The position numbers were made by a program, and so were the translations under genes. Below are positions 24,175 to 39,302 of a DNA stretch of 64,000 nt, one piece after another. Location of the stretch: contig NC_092350.1 of assembly GCF_963676685.1 (NCBI RefSeq), positions 44,764,001 through 44,828,000 on the forward strand, given 5' to 3'. Position 1 is the stretch's first letter, and every line of letters begins with the position of its first letter. The notes under the pieces are model-generated. The model was given only the letters and a program-made list of their open reading frames with translations, had not been told where the DNA came from and searched no databases. This DNA is from Mytilus edulis. Its lineage: Eukaryota.

Positions 24175-25519
24175 TCTGATAAATTTGTAAGTATATTTTG
24201 TAAATTATCAAATTGACTCATCTTCTTGTCTTCTATTATTGCGATGAATAGCTGTATCTTTAGTATATGCATTCTCGCACTTAAAACATTTGAAAAAAAT
24301 CTTGGAGGTTTCTACAATTCCAAGTTTCTGTCCTTACTTGATATACCTTTTATATAGTGCAGGACTGCTGAGGATTTATACCTGCTCTCCCGTCAATCCA
24401 CGATACAGAAACTACTATGTGAACATAATTCATTCTTCAATAGAGAAAAAAACAAAACAAGTGTTACATGGCATGTACAGAGCATCCAAAGATGGGATCG
24501 AACTCTCTCTCTATATATATATTCAACATCTGATGAATTAGAAATGCATACAGTTTGGTAATGCGCATGCTGTATAAGTGTTTCCTTATTGTTAACCAAA
24601 GTTACCCAACTCATGACTTTCGAATATATGACCTTATTCCCTTAGCTTCATTGATTACGTGATACTCATCATGGAAAGTGTCACATAACACCAAATTACA
24701 TAGAAACTAATAAAAAAAAAATCAAAATTATATGAAATGTATGTAAATATGTATTTTTTTGTTTATAATATCAACCACGTTTGTTTCAGGTAGATTTATC
24801 CGTCCAAAGAGCTTTCGTAGTCATCTAAATTTCTGTGGAATAATGAAGCTTCAAAAACAATTACGGACAATCAATTTCCGGAATCAAATTTACTTTATTT
24901 TTGTTTCGTCTCAGGAAATCTAGCTGCGCTAGACGTCTTGCTATTTATTTTGTTTATTTATTATATTTTGACGAAAATGTGATATTAAACGTGAGGCACT
25001 TTGCCTGTTTATATTGTGTATATCTGATAAGAATGGTTGAGATTTTGAGTACGTAAATAAATGGATCCATTTATTGCAATTTATGACTATGCTTTAATCT
25101 TGTTTTGTACCTGACCAGACACACAAATTCAGAAAGGTCACAGAATATTTTACCACCTTTGATTTAGATAGCTGTAAAAGCTAGTTTTACAAAGATTCCA
25201 AAATCCTAATATGCAGCTACATAAATGCATTGGAGTAGTAAAACAAATCAAAACAAGAACTCTCTTTCAACTTGTTTTAAAGCTGTTTCGAAGACAACTG
25301 CGAAAAAAACACATTTCCACAAATCAAATCTTTTCATTAACACATTGATGATACATCATAATTTTTGAACGGACATTGCACAAAGTTATACTTTTCTGTC
25401 TATGGTGTCTTCTTACTAAACCATTGAATGTATACTGATTGACACTTTAGTTTGGTGAACTTGATTTATTTGTTACTGCATTTGAACTAGATTCTAGTAA
25501 TTTCAAGTACGTCTGCAAA

Positions 25520-25850
25520 ATAAAGGCAACAGTAGTTTACTGCAGCTCAAAAGTCATGAATCGATTGAGAGAAAACAAATCCGGGTTACAAACTAAAACC
25601 AAGGGAAAGCCATCTACTATAAGAGAAAAACAATGAAACAACAGAACACTGAAGTGCCAACAATACAAACGACAATGCAACACACACAAACAATAACTAT
25701 TAAAAAAACAACTGCCATATTCCTGACTTAGTACAGGACATTTTAAGAAAAAATGGTGGGTTGACCAGGTTTTGTGGCTAGCCAAACCTCCTCGCTTTAT
25801 GGCAATGTTAAATATGCCGCTGAAATGATAACATTATATGACGGGAATAC
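25520..25850. mobile_element. Dispersed repeat family ('aataaaggcaacagtag...'); related copies at ~14128-14220, 33420-33960 and inverted at 61320-61482
   Basis: The same motif series recurs at four places in the window. Confidence 0.7.
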
Positions 25851-28800
25851 AGTTTTCCGCTCGTTTCATTGATTGATAACGTTTGATTTGGCAGTTCGTA
25901 TGGACTTCCCCCATACTTTAGTGTTTGGTATTATCTATAGTTTTTCGGTACTTTATTACTTTTTTCTTTTGATTACTTTCTGTGTGTTTCGCAGCAATTT
26001 AAAGATTCAATCAATATCAAACTGATTTGCTCCACAGGGCAATATAGTAAGCCGTTACACCACAACCCAAGGTAAGCTGAAGATTGAATAACCACACAAA
26101 TTATGTGAGTGCTGCCTGAAATTCAAGGGCTCGTTCGTTAATGTCTGTCATATTTTTTCCCGTTATTTTTACATACACCAAAGGTTGTTGATTTCTCATT
26201 TTGCAAATGTCGGTATCCTGTATGAATGACCATTCAATATAGGTATGTTCATTAGCGAAGACTGAGATACAGTTGCTTACAACTCTGGTGGTATTTATAT
26301 AGTATTTTCTCATAATTGTTTGCGAGAAAAAGAAACCTTTCGATTTTTCTATGGAATGTATCGGACGGAGATAGAACAGACAAAACTAGTTCATGTATTC
26401 AGAGAGCCTTTTCTGTGATTTGCATTCTTTAGTAACGCTCAAACCTAAATATTTGTAACCCAAGGATGTATACAGAAACTATTATGACTTAAAAAGATCA
26501 GGGAAATAAATCTAGCTCACATTTGTCCACAGAATTTATTAAAAAGGAATTTTTGAATTGTATGTTATAAAAAGAGGTCAACATAAAAATAACTGGACTG
26601 ATGCTACCATCGGGGAATAAGCTTCAACATGTAGGTATGAGATCAAAAGTTTAAAAAAATCAAGAGAACAAAGCTTTAACGTTTTAAGCTGTGCAAAAGA
26701 TTCAGGTCAACTCTATCCAGTTGTAACCTAACCTACATACACAACATTACATTTGAATCTTGACAATACCACAGTACTGACAAGATAATATGGAAAAAAC
26801 CCAACTTAATTACAAATGTTATGCGTCAGAAGCGCTTTTCTGAATTTTTGAAAGCTAATGATGTAGTAGAATCGAAACTGTTTAAAAGCTATATGACCAA
26901 AACGAACCTAACACTGATAGCAAAACCTGTCTTAGGTCAGCTTTGCATGAGGAATAAACGTTGTTTTTTATTAAGCTTTTTCTGCAAAGCTAATATAAGT
27001 TTTTGAGCGGATTTGCAATTCTAAAGCTGCCAGTGTTTCAACACTCTTTTTAAATTACCAATCCTTTCTTGGTGGGAGTTCCTACTGTGAATGCATCATC
27101 AAATCCAACTCACGTGTAAAGCAGTCTTATTTGTACTGATAAACGATACATGAATAAACCGGTATGATAATTTTAGAATAGACTGCACAAACTATAAGAT
27201 GACGATAAATATTACAAGAATCTGTAATATTTATTTTATATCAACATTATATATAATTATTGAAGATCAAGAATGATTCCAAGTTTGATAATTATACAGA
27301 AAAGAGAAACGCACATACAATCATATCAACAGGTCGCAATATTTATTTTGGAAAAATGGATATGCTGTTTACCCGTTAGTAGAAGAGCAGCATAACAACA
27401 TACGAACAATTATCCTCAATAAGTCAACATTCCGTCGTCAACAAAATGTATATACAACATATGCATCTCTCAAAAGTTAAGAGTGAAGAAGGTTGTGAAT
27501 AGACTTAACTGAGTCTATACTATCAACAATCTATCACGGACATTGAATTCTCCTATAGACTCAAACCATTAAGATATACAAAAGACAACCAAAGAGAAAT
27601 CTATCAGATGGTGTTAACATGTGATTGGGTAAAACAACATGTATAGTTTTGATAATAGGTATAACGATGATGTGATATCTAAACCCATCTGATTTGGAAC
27701 AGGTTGTGGACATATTGAGGGGTTAAACAATCGTTTGATTTATAAACTAGTACCTACCGCTAAACTGTGTACGATAAAGCTATGACGTGAGATGTGAAAT
27801 TTTATCTGATTTGATACAGATTGTAAAACAATTGGGTTAAACCCTTGTTTGAGATCTAAACTAATCAGAATTGGTACAACCGTGAACATGTTTTAATCTT
27901 TTTATTTAACCCCATCTTTTTAAGCTCGACCAATATAATAACACAATATGATTAGATGAACGTTCACTGAAAATCAGCGATTGACGAATTATGTAAACTG
28001 GTTTATTAGAGAACAACAAATGCAAAAACGGAAAACAATGATTATAAAGACTATATCAAGGAATACTCAAATGAGCATAAAACAAGTTAAAAGTAACTAA
28101 TTTGCTGATATGAAATAATGCAAACATACAATATGATATCGAAGGGGTAACTTTAGAGCAGTTTCATACACAAAGCACAATCATTACAAGAAGATACAAT
28201 TTTTAGAAATGTGAATCGCAAAGAGCAAATTTTAGATGCAGAATCATAGAAATAAAAACCGAATTACCGAAAAGAATTTAAATAATTTGAAAACAACAAA
28301 CAAAACATTAATTATTATTCGATTGATACCAATTTCGTCCAAATTTTGAAATAAAGGCAAACTACGAATTTTGATATTTATCGAAGCACATTTTTTCAAT
28401 AGGCTAGTATGCACACTTTTGCAATCCCCGCTTTAATATATCCTCTAAATTTTGTTTTTCATCAATTGACGCAAATACATACACAAGAAAATAAATAAAT
28501 CCACGGTACCACAATCCGATCAAAGGAAAAAATATGGTGTATCTTTACAACCGAAACAACATCATTACGCGTATTTAAACCAAAAGCAAATGAACAGTGC
28601 TTTAATTGTAGCATGTTTTTCATCTCTAAGTCACAGTGATGCGTTCAGCAGAGAACAATCACTGTAACCTCGAAGAACGTTCAAGAGGGTGATGATCTTA
28701 TAACTTTCCTAAACCATGATATAGATATAAGAAGATATGGTAAGTGCCAATGAGACAACTGGTAAAAGTAAACCGTTATAGATCAAAGTATGGTTTATTA

Positions 28801-30509
28801 CACTTATAAAACTCTTCAAAACCTAAAATCTTCCTTATAATTTTCTGTAGTGCTAAGGTGTTATTAGGACAATAAAAAATCCATCAAAAATGTCCTTTTT
28901 CTATAATAATACATGGCAATGTTGATTGAGATTTGGAAAGAAAGAACATTTGATAAATTCATTAAAAAGCATACTTAAACTATCAAATTAACAATAGAAA
29001 TTAATCAATAAACATTCATAAAACTGGCAATTTTGATTAATGTTATCATGTTTATCGGCAAATAGTTATGGAAAATTACAACAGTTGAAAAAAAAATAGC
29101 TTTAAGATATTTGTCTTTATAATGCATTTAACATTTAGAATTAATATCAGACCAAATATCTTGTGCTATTCTCAGAAGTGATACTTAAAAAAATGTTCAA
29201 AATAATGCTGATATACTGTTTTCCAATAATAAATGTTTTAAAGACAGATCTAACTCCAATAGTAACCATGAAATAATAAACAAAACAAAAACTGCAAGAC
29301 AGCCAATTATGTTAATTGTCCTTTAAAATCTACAACGGTAAATTATCTCGCGAGGGAATACCAAAAATATAAAACAATAAAAAATTACTCCATCGTAAAT
29401 TTAAAAAATAATTTTGCTCTTTAATTTGAAAGCAATTTGTCTTGCATGTCTGAAAAGCATAAAATCTTTAATAAAGGATTCATGTACAGTGTCTTTTGAT
29501 ACAAATTTGTTAAAACATCAGCAGCGAATGATTAAGAAACTGTATAACACATTTGAATGTACAAATTAAACGGAAATCAAATAAAATGTTTTAAAGAAGA
29601 AAATCATTAAGACCATTTCATAACAATTTGAAGTTGATAAAACCTGATTTAGTGAATTATTCAAATTCTTGGCACATAAGATATCTATTATAATTCAATG
29701 ATTTTTTTTTATTGAATTAATGTGAAAACTGTCCATCATAAAAGTCAAGTGAAGTCAATCGATTGAAAAAGTTTGAATTTAACATGATGTAAACTCGACA
29801 AGTAGTTACTTGACATTTTTTGCACAAACAATTTCTATTCGGTATATAATGTGATAAATGTGACTGCTTTTGTCTTATCTCTGCCTCAGCTGAACAATGC
29901 GTCTAAGATATTCAAAGTTAAATTTAAATATATGATAAATCAGTTATTTCGCAATTTTTAAGAAGTAAAATGAAACGAAATTTCATCAAAAATAAAATCA
30001 TCAGTAAATATTTTCTTAATAGTCAAGGACAAATAGGAATTCAGGAAAATCTGTATTAATTTGTACTTGCATATAATTGGTATATATCTAGTTTCATTTT
30101 AAGTACGTATACATTTTTTTATCGCCTTCTTATTCGTACTTTCATTCGTTCATTCACCATTGAAGAATCATTTTTATTAGTCGAAAGACGATTGACGGTT
30201 GTAACTCCAACTTTCAGTGGAAAATATTTCAAGAATACTTAGGACAAAATCAAGGGTTGAAAGTCTTGCAATACTTAGGTATTAAAGGATCACTAGCTGT
30301 CAAATAAATGTCTACTGATTTGACCCAAATTCTCATAATCGATTTATAACAATGTAAACATTTATCCAATTTGAAAGTATAAAAAGTCTTAAATAAACAA
30401 TTTACAGGGCATGGGCTCGAAAAAATGTAACTTCGTTTCGTGTGTAATTTAGTCTACACTCCATCTAATTAACTATCGAGTTGACCTTCGAAAACCTCTG
30501 ATGGTTAAA

Positions 30510-30738
30510 TAATAAACTCATCATAGATACCAGGATTAAGATTTTATATTTACGCCAGACGACGCGCGTTTCGTCTTAAAAAGACTCATCAGTGACGCTC
30601 GAATAAAAAAAAAAATTATAGGGCCAAATAAAGTACGAAGTTGAAGAGCATTGAGGACCTACAATTCCTAAAAGTTTTGCCAAATACAGCTAAGGTTATC
30701 CATTCCTGAGGTAGAAAAAAACCTTAGTTTTTCAAAAT
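30510..30738 (-). mobile_element. Hammerhead-containing dispersed repeat (ribozyme core ~30552-30600)
   Basis: Minus strand GCGTCA-CTGATGA-GTCTT..AAGAC-GAAAC-GCGC-GTC, with a duplicated GTC. Confidence 0.7.
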
Positions 30739-31114
30739 AAAAGATAGAAACATAAATATAGATATAAACAAAAAGTAGACTCGTGCAAATGTATTTTCTA
30801 GGATTGTTTTATTTTATATTATAAATTAAAAATATACGTTAATCATCGTTTTTACCTGTAGAAAAATGATGATTTGTTGGTCGAATCAGTCAATTAATTT
30901 TGTTTACTTTCAATGTTGACATTCATTTCCCCTAAATAACTAAACACGCACAATATATGCTTTATCGATCTCCAGATAATGTGTCAAAGTGAAGTTCATA
31001 TGAATACTGATTCAATGAGGTCGGATTATTCACTTGCAAGTGACTAATTGATCATCAATGTTTCTTGGCTTATTTTGACAAAATTGAACCGTATTGGCCA
31101 ATAAAAGCGAATCA

Positions 31115-31269
31115 NNNNNNNNNNNNNNNNNNNNNNNNNNNNNNNNNNNNNNNNNNNNNNNNNNNNNNNNNNNNNNNNNNNNNNNNNNNNNNNNNNNNNN
31201 NNNNNNNNNNNNNNNNNNNNNNNNNNNNNNNNNNNNNNNNNNNNNNNNNNNNNNNNNNNNNNNNNNNNN
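31115..31269. other. Assembly gap (N run)
   Basis: Run of n characters. Confidence 1.
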
Positions 31270-31302
31270 TAATAATCATTATTATAATAATAATAATCAT
31301 TA

Positions 31303-31333
<31 letters not shown>

Positions 31334-31420
31334 TCTACTACTACTATTACTATTACTAATACTAATACTAATAAGTATACTACTACTAATAATAATAATG
31401 TTAATAATAATAATGATGAA
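31270..31420. repeat. Compound (TAA)n/(TAC)n microsatellite
   Basis: Directly visible; explains the spurious poly-I/L/T/N ORFs. Confidence 0.95.
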
Positions 31421-31457
31421 AAGTTCTAAGATATAAAAACTTTAGATTCAAGGTATG

Positions 31458-31757
31458 TCCTAAGTTTTCACCTGTCCTAAGTCAGGAATCTGATGTACAG
31501 TAGTTGTCGTTTGCTTATGTAATTTATACGTGTTTCTCGTTTCTCGTTTTTTCTTATATAGATTAGATCGTTGGTTTTCCCGTTTGAATGGTTTTACAAT
31601 AATAATTTTGGGGCCCTTTATAGCTTGTTGTTCGGTGTGAGCCAAGGCTCCGTGTTGAAGGCCGTACATTGACCTATAATGGTTTACTTTTTTTTTAATT
31701 GTTATTTGGATGGAGAGTTGTCTCATTGGCACTCACACCACATCTTCCTATATCTAT
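31458..31757 (+). mobile_element. SINE-like dispersed repeat
   Basis: Shares 'cctgtcc.aagtcagga', 'ttgaaggccgtac..tgacctata' and 'gttgtctcattggca' modules with the copies at 1880-2067 (inverted) and 37140-37292. Confidence 0.65.
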
Positions 31758-34700
31758 GTCAGTTTTGAATTAAATCTTTGTATGTGCCTTACATCAACTT
31801 TAATTCATCATTTATTTATCATAAATTCACAAGTGCTACAAGACTTATAAATCATAACATAAAATTTATCTGGGTCGTTTCAGTCAAATAAAAGCATTTA
31901 CTATGCTACAATCTTAACATGCTTAATTGACTATCGCGTTTCTCTCCTGATAATGAACGTTTAAGAAGCACGTCTTTCGGTTTCCTTAATCTAAAATTTT
32001 AAAAAGTCGTGGTGTACATTTCCTGAAATGACAAACTTTGTCGTCATATCGCGGATTAACAGAAAATCTGAAAGAATTCTAAGATAACTAAATAAACAAC
32101 AGATGGCAAGTCAAGTGTTTTGTAATCCGAAACCAAACAAATTCTTATCCTATAATCCCCGGTTTATTATATAACAAGACATTGGCGAACTGTGGATTTT
32201 ATTTTGGATTACTTTTATAAAATATATGCACACAATAAGGAAACTTTTAAGATTGATATATTCTATTTTTTAACAAGCAAAAGACAATGATAGTATTTGA
32301 ACGCTCATTAATCACGTTAATATTCTTAGTTTGTTCTATAGATACGTATAACCACTTAACGAAATTAATAATAGAAATAAATCTTGAGTTAAACATGCTT
32401 CTTTTACTTCTAAACATATTTGGGGGTAATTATACCCGTATAATCATCCTGCCTTTTGAATAGATGATTTGGTTTTTTTTTTGTTTATTTTTCGTGTATT
32501 TTCTTTCCTTAGCTGAGTTTTTGTTATATTTAACTTTTGCCTGAGTAACGGAGATATGAAAAATTAAATGATTAAAAAAGCGTTGGAATAAAGTTATGAC
32601 ATTAAAAATGCTTATTTTCGACTATGAAAACGGAATGTTATAGAATCGGCGAATATATACAACCATGACAACCTATGCGGCATAACTCCAGAAATCATCA
32701 AAATATTCACAACGTAATCGTTTTATAATTGTTTTTACTGCTAATAATAAGGTTGTCATCTAGGTAAACAAAACACATATAAGAAGATAAGATACCTAGA
32801 GGGCCTTGTTAATACAAAGTAAAGAAAAATTACTGGTGTGGATACTTTTAATGACTCGAGTATCATTTTCGAAAACAAAGAGCTGATTGTGCCCTTAAAA
32901 GTGTGTCTACTAAGGCGTAATCAGACATTTTGGTCACATCTTACATGACAATTGATCATTTCAAATAAGAAATATTGATTTAAATTAGGAAATCTCCAAC
33001 ATGCTACATTTGATATCAATCCGTTGATTAACAGCGTTTGAATTTGGAAGTTTTTATGGATTTCACCAATTTCAAATTAACCTTGGAGTTCGGCATTTTT
33101 GTTATACCATTTTTGTTACCAAATAGTAGAATGTAGAAATAATTCAGGGAATTAAATAAGGTTAAAAATGTCAAGAAGGAAATCAACGTGTTAATTACTG
33201 TTTATAAAAACATAGCACATATTTAATGAATTATGACGATTGTCTTTAGTTTAACCTCTATGATTATTTTTTGTCTTCAAAAAATGTATGTTCAGCTAAC
33301 GGCAGATTTCTGTTCAATATCTTTACAGATTTCCTATAGGGCTTTTGATATTATTTAATATTATCCAGTATTGAAGATAATTATATGTTGCCCTTCTTGA
33401 TTTCTGGTTTCGCTCTCTAAATAAAGGCAACAGTAGTATACCGCTGTTCAAAACTCATAAATCCATGGACAAATAACAAAATCGGGGTAACAAACTAAAA
33501 CCGAGGGAAAAGCATTAAATATAAGAGGAGAACAACGACATAACACTAAAATGTAACACACATAGACAAAATCCCACGAGAATAACAAATATAACATATA
33601 TATATAACATCAAAACCAAATACATGAATTTGGGATAGACAAGTACCGTGACACGTCTTTTCGCAATGTGAATTTACACTAAAAAATAAGAGAAAACAAA
33701 CGACACAACGTTATAATGTAATACACACAGAAACGAACTATAATATAACAATAGCCATATTCCTGACTTGGTACAGGGCATTTTTAAAGGAAAAAATGGT
33801 TGGTTGAACCTGGTTTTGTGGCATGCCAAACCTCGCACTTTTATAGCCATGTGAAATATACCATCAAAACGACAACACAGGACTACAATATAAATAAATT
33901 GGAGAACACAATTGACAAAGAATCACACGAACAACAGCCAACAAAAGGCAACAAGTTCAAAATTTTAATACGCCAGAAGTGTATTTTGTCCACAAAAGAC
34001 CTGTGACGCCCACATACAAAAGTTTGAAAGCCGAAACGAGTACAAAGTTGAACAGCATCGAGGACCAAAAGATCAAAAAGGTTGTGCCAAAAACGGCAAG
34101 AATGGTAATAAAAAATATTTTTCAATTTAAGAATGATAAAATACACCAAACGTTTTGACTTTACTAACAATCGTTATAATTATATCCTATCAAACCAGTC
34201 AATCAAGTGGTCCCTGTTCAAAATTAAGAAAAGAAATAAATAACAAATATATAAAAAATAAATAAGATCCTCTTTTCTTATAATCTTATTGAACACTAAG
34301 AGCTTCCAAACCTGGTTGCCACCAAACATATTGTTTCTGTGCCGCTTCAGGAATTTTTAGCTTAGAAGTAAGATCATATCCGTAAAAATTATAACTATTG
34401 AAAATTAATTTGATAGATAACGCCCGAAAAACAAAAATATTCCCTTCGTCACTCAAATTCAGCCAACGTTCATTCTGCATGTGACGAGGACATCTCAGCT
34501 TCGCAGCAATACCTCTGCATTGTCATTGATTTCATTTGGATTATTGGTCAGTCTTTTAAATGACAATGTTTTTGATCCCCAAAATTTTTATTAACTTTCA
34601 ACCCACATTTCATTTGTTATACTACATTTTATAGGACAGGTCACGTTAAATTTCCTGTCAACCACTGTTCGCGCAAGCTAAACTCTTTAAAACAGTTCAT

Positions 34701-36026
34701 GATTCTGGTAACTCGACTGTCGTGAAAAAAAAATCAAAATTAGCTGAGATGATTTTCCCAGGGGCAATACTAGTACTATATATTATCTATTTTTTTGGTA
34801 ATACATTTTATATTTCTTACATATTTGTCTTTTTTTTTATTTTGAAATTTGTCGTTTCCCGTCAGACATTTTGTCTCTGTTATAGAACCACTCGCCACTT
34901 AATCTTATTTTGGTACAGGTCATTAAGGTCAATTACAAGTGTATACATACAAGTGGGAACCATCAGACGATAAAAATTAATCAATGTGTTTCAAAATATG
35001 TCACAATGTAATTTACGGTAAAATATATCGGAGGAACAGAGTGGTCATAAACTTGGTATCTTTGGTGCGTTTTTTGGTAAACCCTTAAATAATTGTATCA
35101 CACTCGTGTACATAGTTTGTAGTTTCCTTCGAAAACAATGCTTTACTAGTCTTAACAAGTCCAGTTGTCTCTCTTTGCTCACTGAGAACAAATTAAGATA
35201 CGAATACAAGATTTATAATATACATACGTCAATTTGTTTGATTGCAGTTCAACGATAAAAAAAGACACAAAAAGGACATTATTGATGTATTTCAAATAGA
35301 CTATGTACCATAAATCCGCTTTATTCATTTGAACATTTTTTTACATTCAAACAAGCAATTATTGAAAGCATATTTAAATTTCATTTGTAAGATATACCAG
35401 GGTATCAAGTGTCATTGTATTGTGAATAATACCCTCAGATAAAACCTCTTAATTTTGGTACATAATTACAATTTCTCGCACTTAATTTCATAGTATAAAC
35501 CTTTCAACATAGACTTACCTTAATATAAAGACGTAACACCAATCTGTAAACTAAAACAATGAAAAAGACAAAATATAATATATAGTTAATAGTTAAACAA
35601 GCTTTTCAATTCACAATGATCGGTTGTGGGTCATGTAAACAATCGAACGAAAATGCGGAGAACTAACTGTAATTGGATTGAGTATTTGATTAAGAAAATA
35701 ATCATCATGTAAATCTCAACCAGACTACGCTGTCGAACCATGTTATTCCAAATTGTGATTTTGTGCACCGGAAAGTTAGTACTAGGACAAACTATACACC
35801 GGCCTATACTAAGCAAGGGTCACAATCATATATGGTTTTTTTCTTATATTATACTGGATTTTACTATTTTTTAAGTCTATAACATTTATAGTAAAAATAG
35901 TTTACAAAATCAATAATTTGAAAGTGGACTTTAAATAGCCAAATTCAAAATAGACCGCCATAGTCATACGATTAATATTACTCATATAGTCACATGACTA
36001 TGCACCTTCCTGTTTGACATGTTATG

Positions 36027-36063
<37 letters not shown>

Positions 36064-36226
36064 AAAGGATGACGTTAACATTTAAAATAAGGTATTTCAT
36101 ATTTTAAATCATAACAATCTTATTTAAGAAACACGATTTGAATTAATTTTACCAGTAAATCAATATTTCTAGCTGAATTTAATTACTATATCATGTATAT
36201 GTTTTTTACTTTCGTTTTCTTTTCAG

Positions 36227-36313
36227 GGCATATCAATTGACTTGATCTGACAGGAATCAGAACTAAGTATAGAATACAGATGTTTTGTAACAGACCATAT
36301 CTCAAATTTAATG
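36227..36313 (+). other. Probable non-coding (5'UTR) exon, likely of the B-box gene at 40905
   Basis: Long pyrimidine tract plus cag acceptor; strong donor ATG|GTAAGT; the downstream CDS begins 4 nt after an acceptor (ttgtag|aataATG). Confidence 0.5.
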
Positions 36314-36949
36314 GTAAGTATTTTTTAAAGTCTCATAGAAAGAAAAGGTAATAACCAATCAATTAAAAGTATAATTTTAAGTAAATGCTTAAAATGTACG
36401 AAAAACGTAAAATAAGAAAAATTCCGAACAAATCAAATTTCAAACACATCAAACGATAGGAAACAACTGTCATATTCCTCTAAATTGAGTTCAACTTTTT
36501 GAAGTAATAGAAATAGACGAACGGACAAGGGAAGCTTTCTGCATTTGCTTTTCATCAATGTGTCGAACCGGAGAGGGGGCAGTGTATATTGGGGATAGAA
36601 GCCCTTCGTAGAAGTTTTTATGTCTAGCTCGATTACCCTTTTCAGGTATCTTCTCCCGCTACTCCATTGGTTTCTGATCTCTTCTTGTTACATACAAATT
36701 AGTTTTTTTCTTTTCTATATCATTATTTTTACATAACATACAGGACTTATATTGAATTTAATTGTATAAAAAGTAACACACCAAGTTTCAATAAATTTTG
36801 ATTTGCTAAACTAGCCCAATAGGCAAGTTTACGCTTTTCCCGTTACTTGGCGTAAATTGTCCATTAACTTTTACCCAAATTCAAAAGGAAAAATGCACTT
36901 CGGAGTTACATGAATATCAATTTTATGGTATTTTTTTTTATATAAATTA

Positions 36950-37130
36950 AGGTATAGATTACCTTAGCCGTAGTTGGCACTACTTTATGGAATTTTGAGT
37001 CCTCTATATTTTTAACTTTATACTTGTTTGGCTTTCTAACTATTTCGATCTGAGCGTCACTGATGCGTCTTATGTAGACGAAACGCGAGTCTGGTGTATC
37101 AAATCATAAGCCTGATTCCTTTGTTAACTA
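36950..37130 (+). mobile_element. Hammerhead-repeat copy with mutated core (CTGATGC)
   Basis: 'gagcgtcactgatgcgtcttatgtagacgaaacgcgagtctgg' at 37052-37095. Confidence 0.65.
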
Positions 37131-37685
37131 TAATATAAATCAGACCGTTGGTTTTCTTCTTTGAATGGTTTTATACTTGTAATTTTAGAGCCCCTTCTAC
37201 TTGCTGTTCGTTGTAAACCAGGGCTTCGTGTGGACGACCGTACTTTAACCTATAATGATTCAGTTTTACAAATTGTGACTTGGATGGAGAGTTTTAATGT
37301 GGAATTATAGAAAGACAGAAAATGTGAATGACAAAATGACAGAATGACTATACATTTTTACTTCTGAACTCTAATTCTGAAGAACATATTTATTAATTTT
37401 GTAAAGAGAGTTATCATATTGTATTGCATCATTTTTTTTTTTGAAAAATGCTAGTTGCACGACATATCCCCTCTAGATTCCTCTAGTTAAATTTTAAATC
37501 AAATTATATATTTTTGCTTGATTATATAATGTTATCACATAAATATATTTTGATATTTGATTTAGTTTTTGACACTTAACTATGGTACTGATTTTTTGAA
37601 TGTTTGAAAGTCTCTGTTACTTAAGTTCTATCTTGCGGTTGAAAACTATTCATATTACTGTTTATTGTTGATGTTATATGTAATT

Positions 37686-38650
37686 AGGTCTTTCCTCTTT
37701 TCTGTTGAAAGACCTATTGTTTTTCTTCTGATTCTTATTTTTTTTTCTTCCTTCGCCACTTTTTTCTGACGGTGCTTTTTTGTTTCCCAAGATGTCGCTT
37801 AGATTTTTTGCGTATGATATCGAACAGTTATTACGATTTTGAAACTGACCCTGTTAAGCCGATCACTTTTTATTGTAAGAGTTATCTCCCCAAACACTGT
37901 TTTTCTTGTGAACAAATCTCCTTCGCAACCGTTAAAGATTACGACAAAATGATTTCACCAATATGCTCGTCATATCCTCAGGATCTTAAAATAATTTTGA
38001 CCGAAGCGGTCCGGAAACTCCATATGAGAGTTATTTCCCCTTCTGTATTTAAAATAAGTAAAATGTAATTGTAATTGGTAAACCATAAGTGATAGAGACC
38101 TAGGTTCTTTTGATTTGATGTCCGTGGTCCAAAAAAAATAAAAAAAAATAGGGTCAAGGTCAAAGGCCAAGGTCATTTCTAAAAAAACTCTTTTCAAACA
38201 CGATATAAGACATCGACAACATATTTTTACTTAAGTGTTATTTGCGACATATCGTAACACATACATATTGGGTACGCTTACTTCAAATTAGAGTTTTCTC
38301 CTTTCTTTTATTTAAAAATATGCATATGGTGATATAACTCATGAACCAAATATAATCAAGACCTAGGGTCTTTTGATTTGAGGTCCTTGGTTGATTAACT
38401 TGAAATTGAGCTCAATGTCATAGGTTAAATTGACGTTCTAGATTTTGACCTTTGCTTTTACCTCATATGTATACATGATAAAGCCATGAAACTTTTTGCA
38501 TTAGGTTTCAAGCCATTTAACCTTGGAAAAGCCAACCGGAAGTGGCGTTGTGCAAACCGGAAGTAGCTATTTTTTGTATTTTATAAACATAAAAGTATAT
38601 AATACGAGATATTTTTGGAATCAGTGTCAAGTAAACTTTCAAACAAGGAA
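37686..38650 (+). mobile_element. Probable non-autonomous Helitron/Helentron-type element
   Basis: 5' hairpin aggtctttc...gaaagacct followed by a T/C-rich tract, with internal degenerate repeats carrying ggtcaaggtca motifs. The family assignment is inference. Confidence 0.45.
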
Positions 38651-38721
38651 ACGTTATCAAACGAAGATAAAATGTGTTATAAGCCATATACACAAAAATG
38701 TATTTTCTTCAATTGAATTTT

Positions 38722-39083
38722 AAATGTGCGTATTGTTATGCATTTACTTTTCTACATTGGCTAGAGGTATAGGGGGAGGGTTGAGATCTCATAAACATTT
38801 TTTACCCCGCCGCATTTTTTCGCCTGTCCCAAGTGAGGAGCCTCTGGCCTTTATTAGTCTTGTATTTTTTAAATTTTAGTTTCTTGTGTACAATTCGGAA
38901 ATTAGTATGGCGTTCATTATCACTGAACTAGTATATATGTGTTTAGGGGCCAGCTGAAGGACGCCTCCGGGTGCGGGAATGTCTCGCTTCATTGAAGACC
39001 TGTTAGTGACCTTCTGCTGTTGTTTTTTCTATGGTCGGGTTGTTGTCTCTTTGACACATTCCCCATTTCCATTCTCAATTTTA
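38722..39083 (+). mobile_element. Solo 3' terminal segment of the Penelope-like element
   Basis: Reverse-complement match to 48361-48720. Confidence 0.85.
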
Positions 39084-39302
39084 TTGTTATACAGATAAGA
39101 CCTCTAAGCAAAATTGTCATTTAATTTCATCCAAACTTATCTAAATATGTAATTGTAAATATAGTTTAAGCATGTCACTTACTCAATTTGGTCGGTTGTT
39201 TTACGTCAATTTAATAGTGCGTTTATCTATGGGAACGGCAAATATTTGCCTTCACCTAGAGCACTTTAAACCAAAAGAATTGCCGTTTTGTCCCATTAGT
39301 AT

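Noticed and set aside
31065-31436. ORFs spanning the N gap with poly-I/L/T/N
   Set aside because: Artefacts of the gap and microsatellite.
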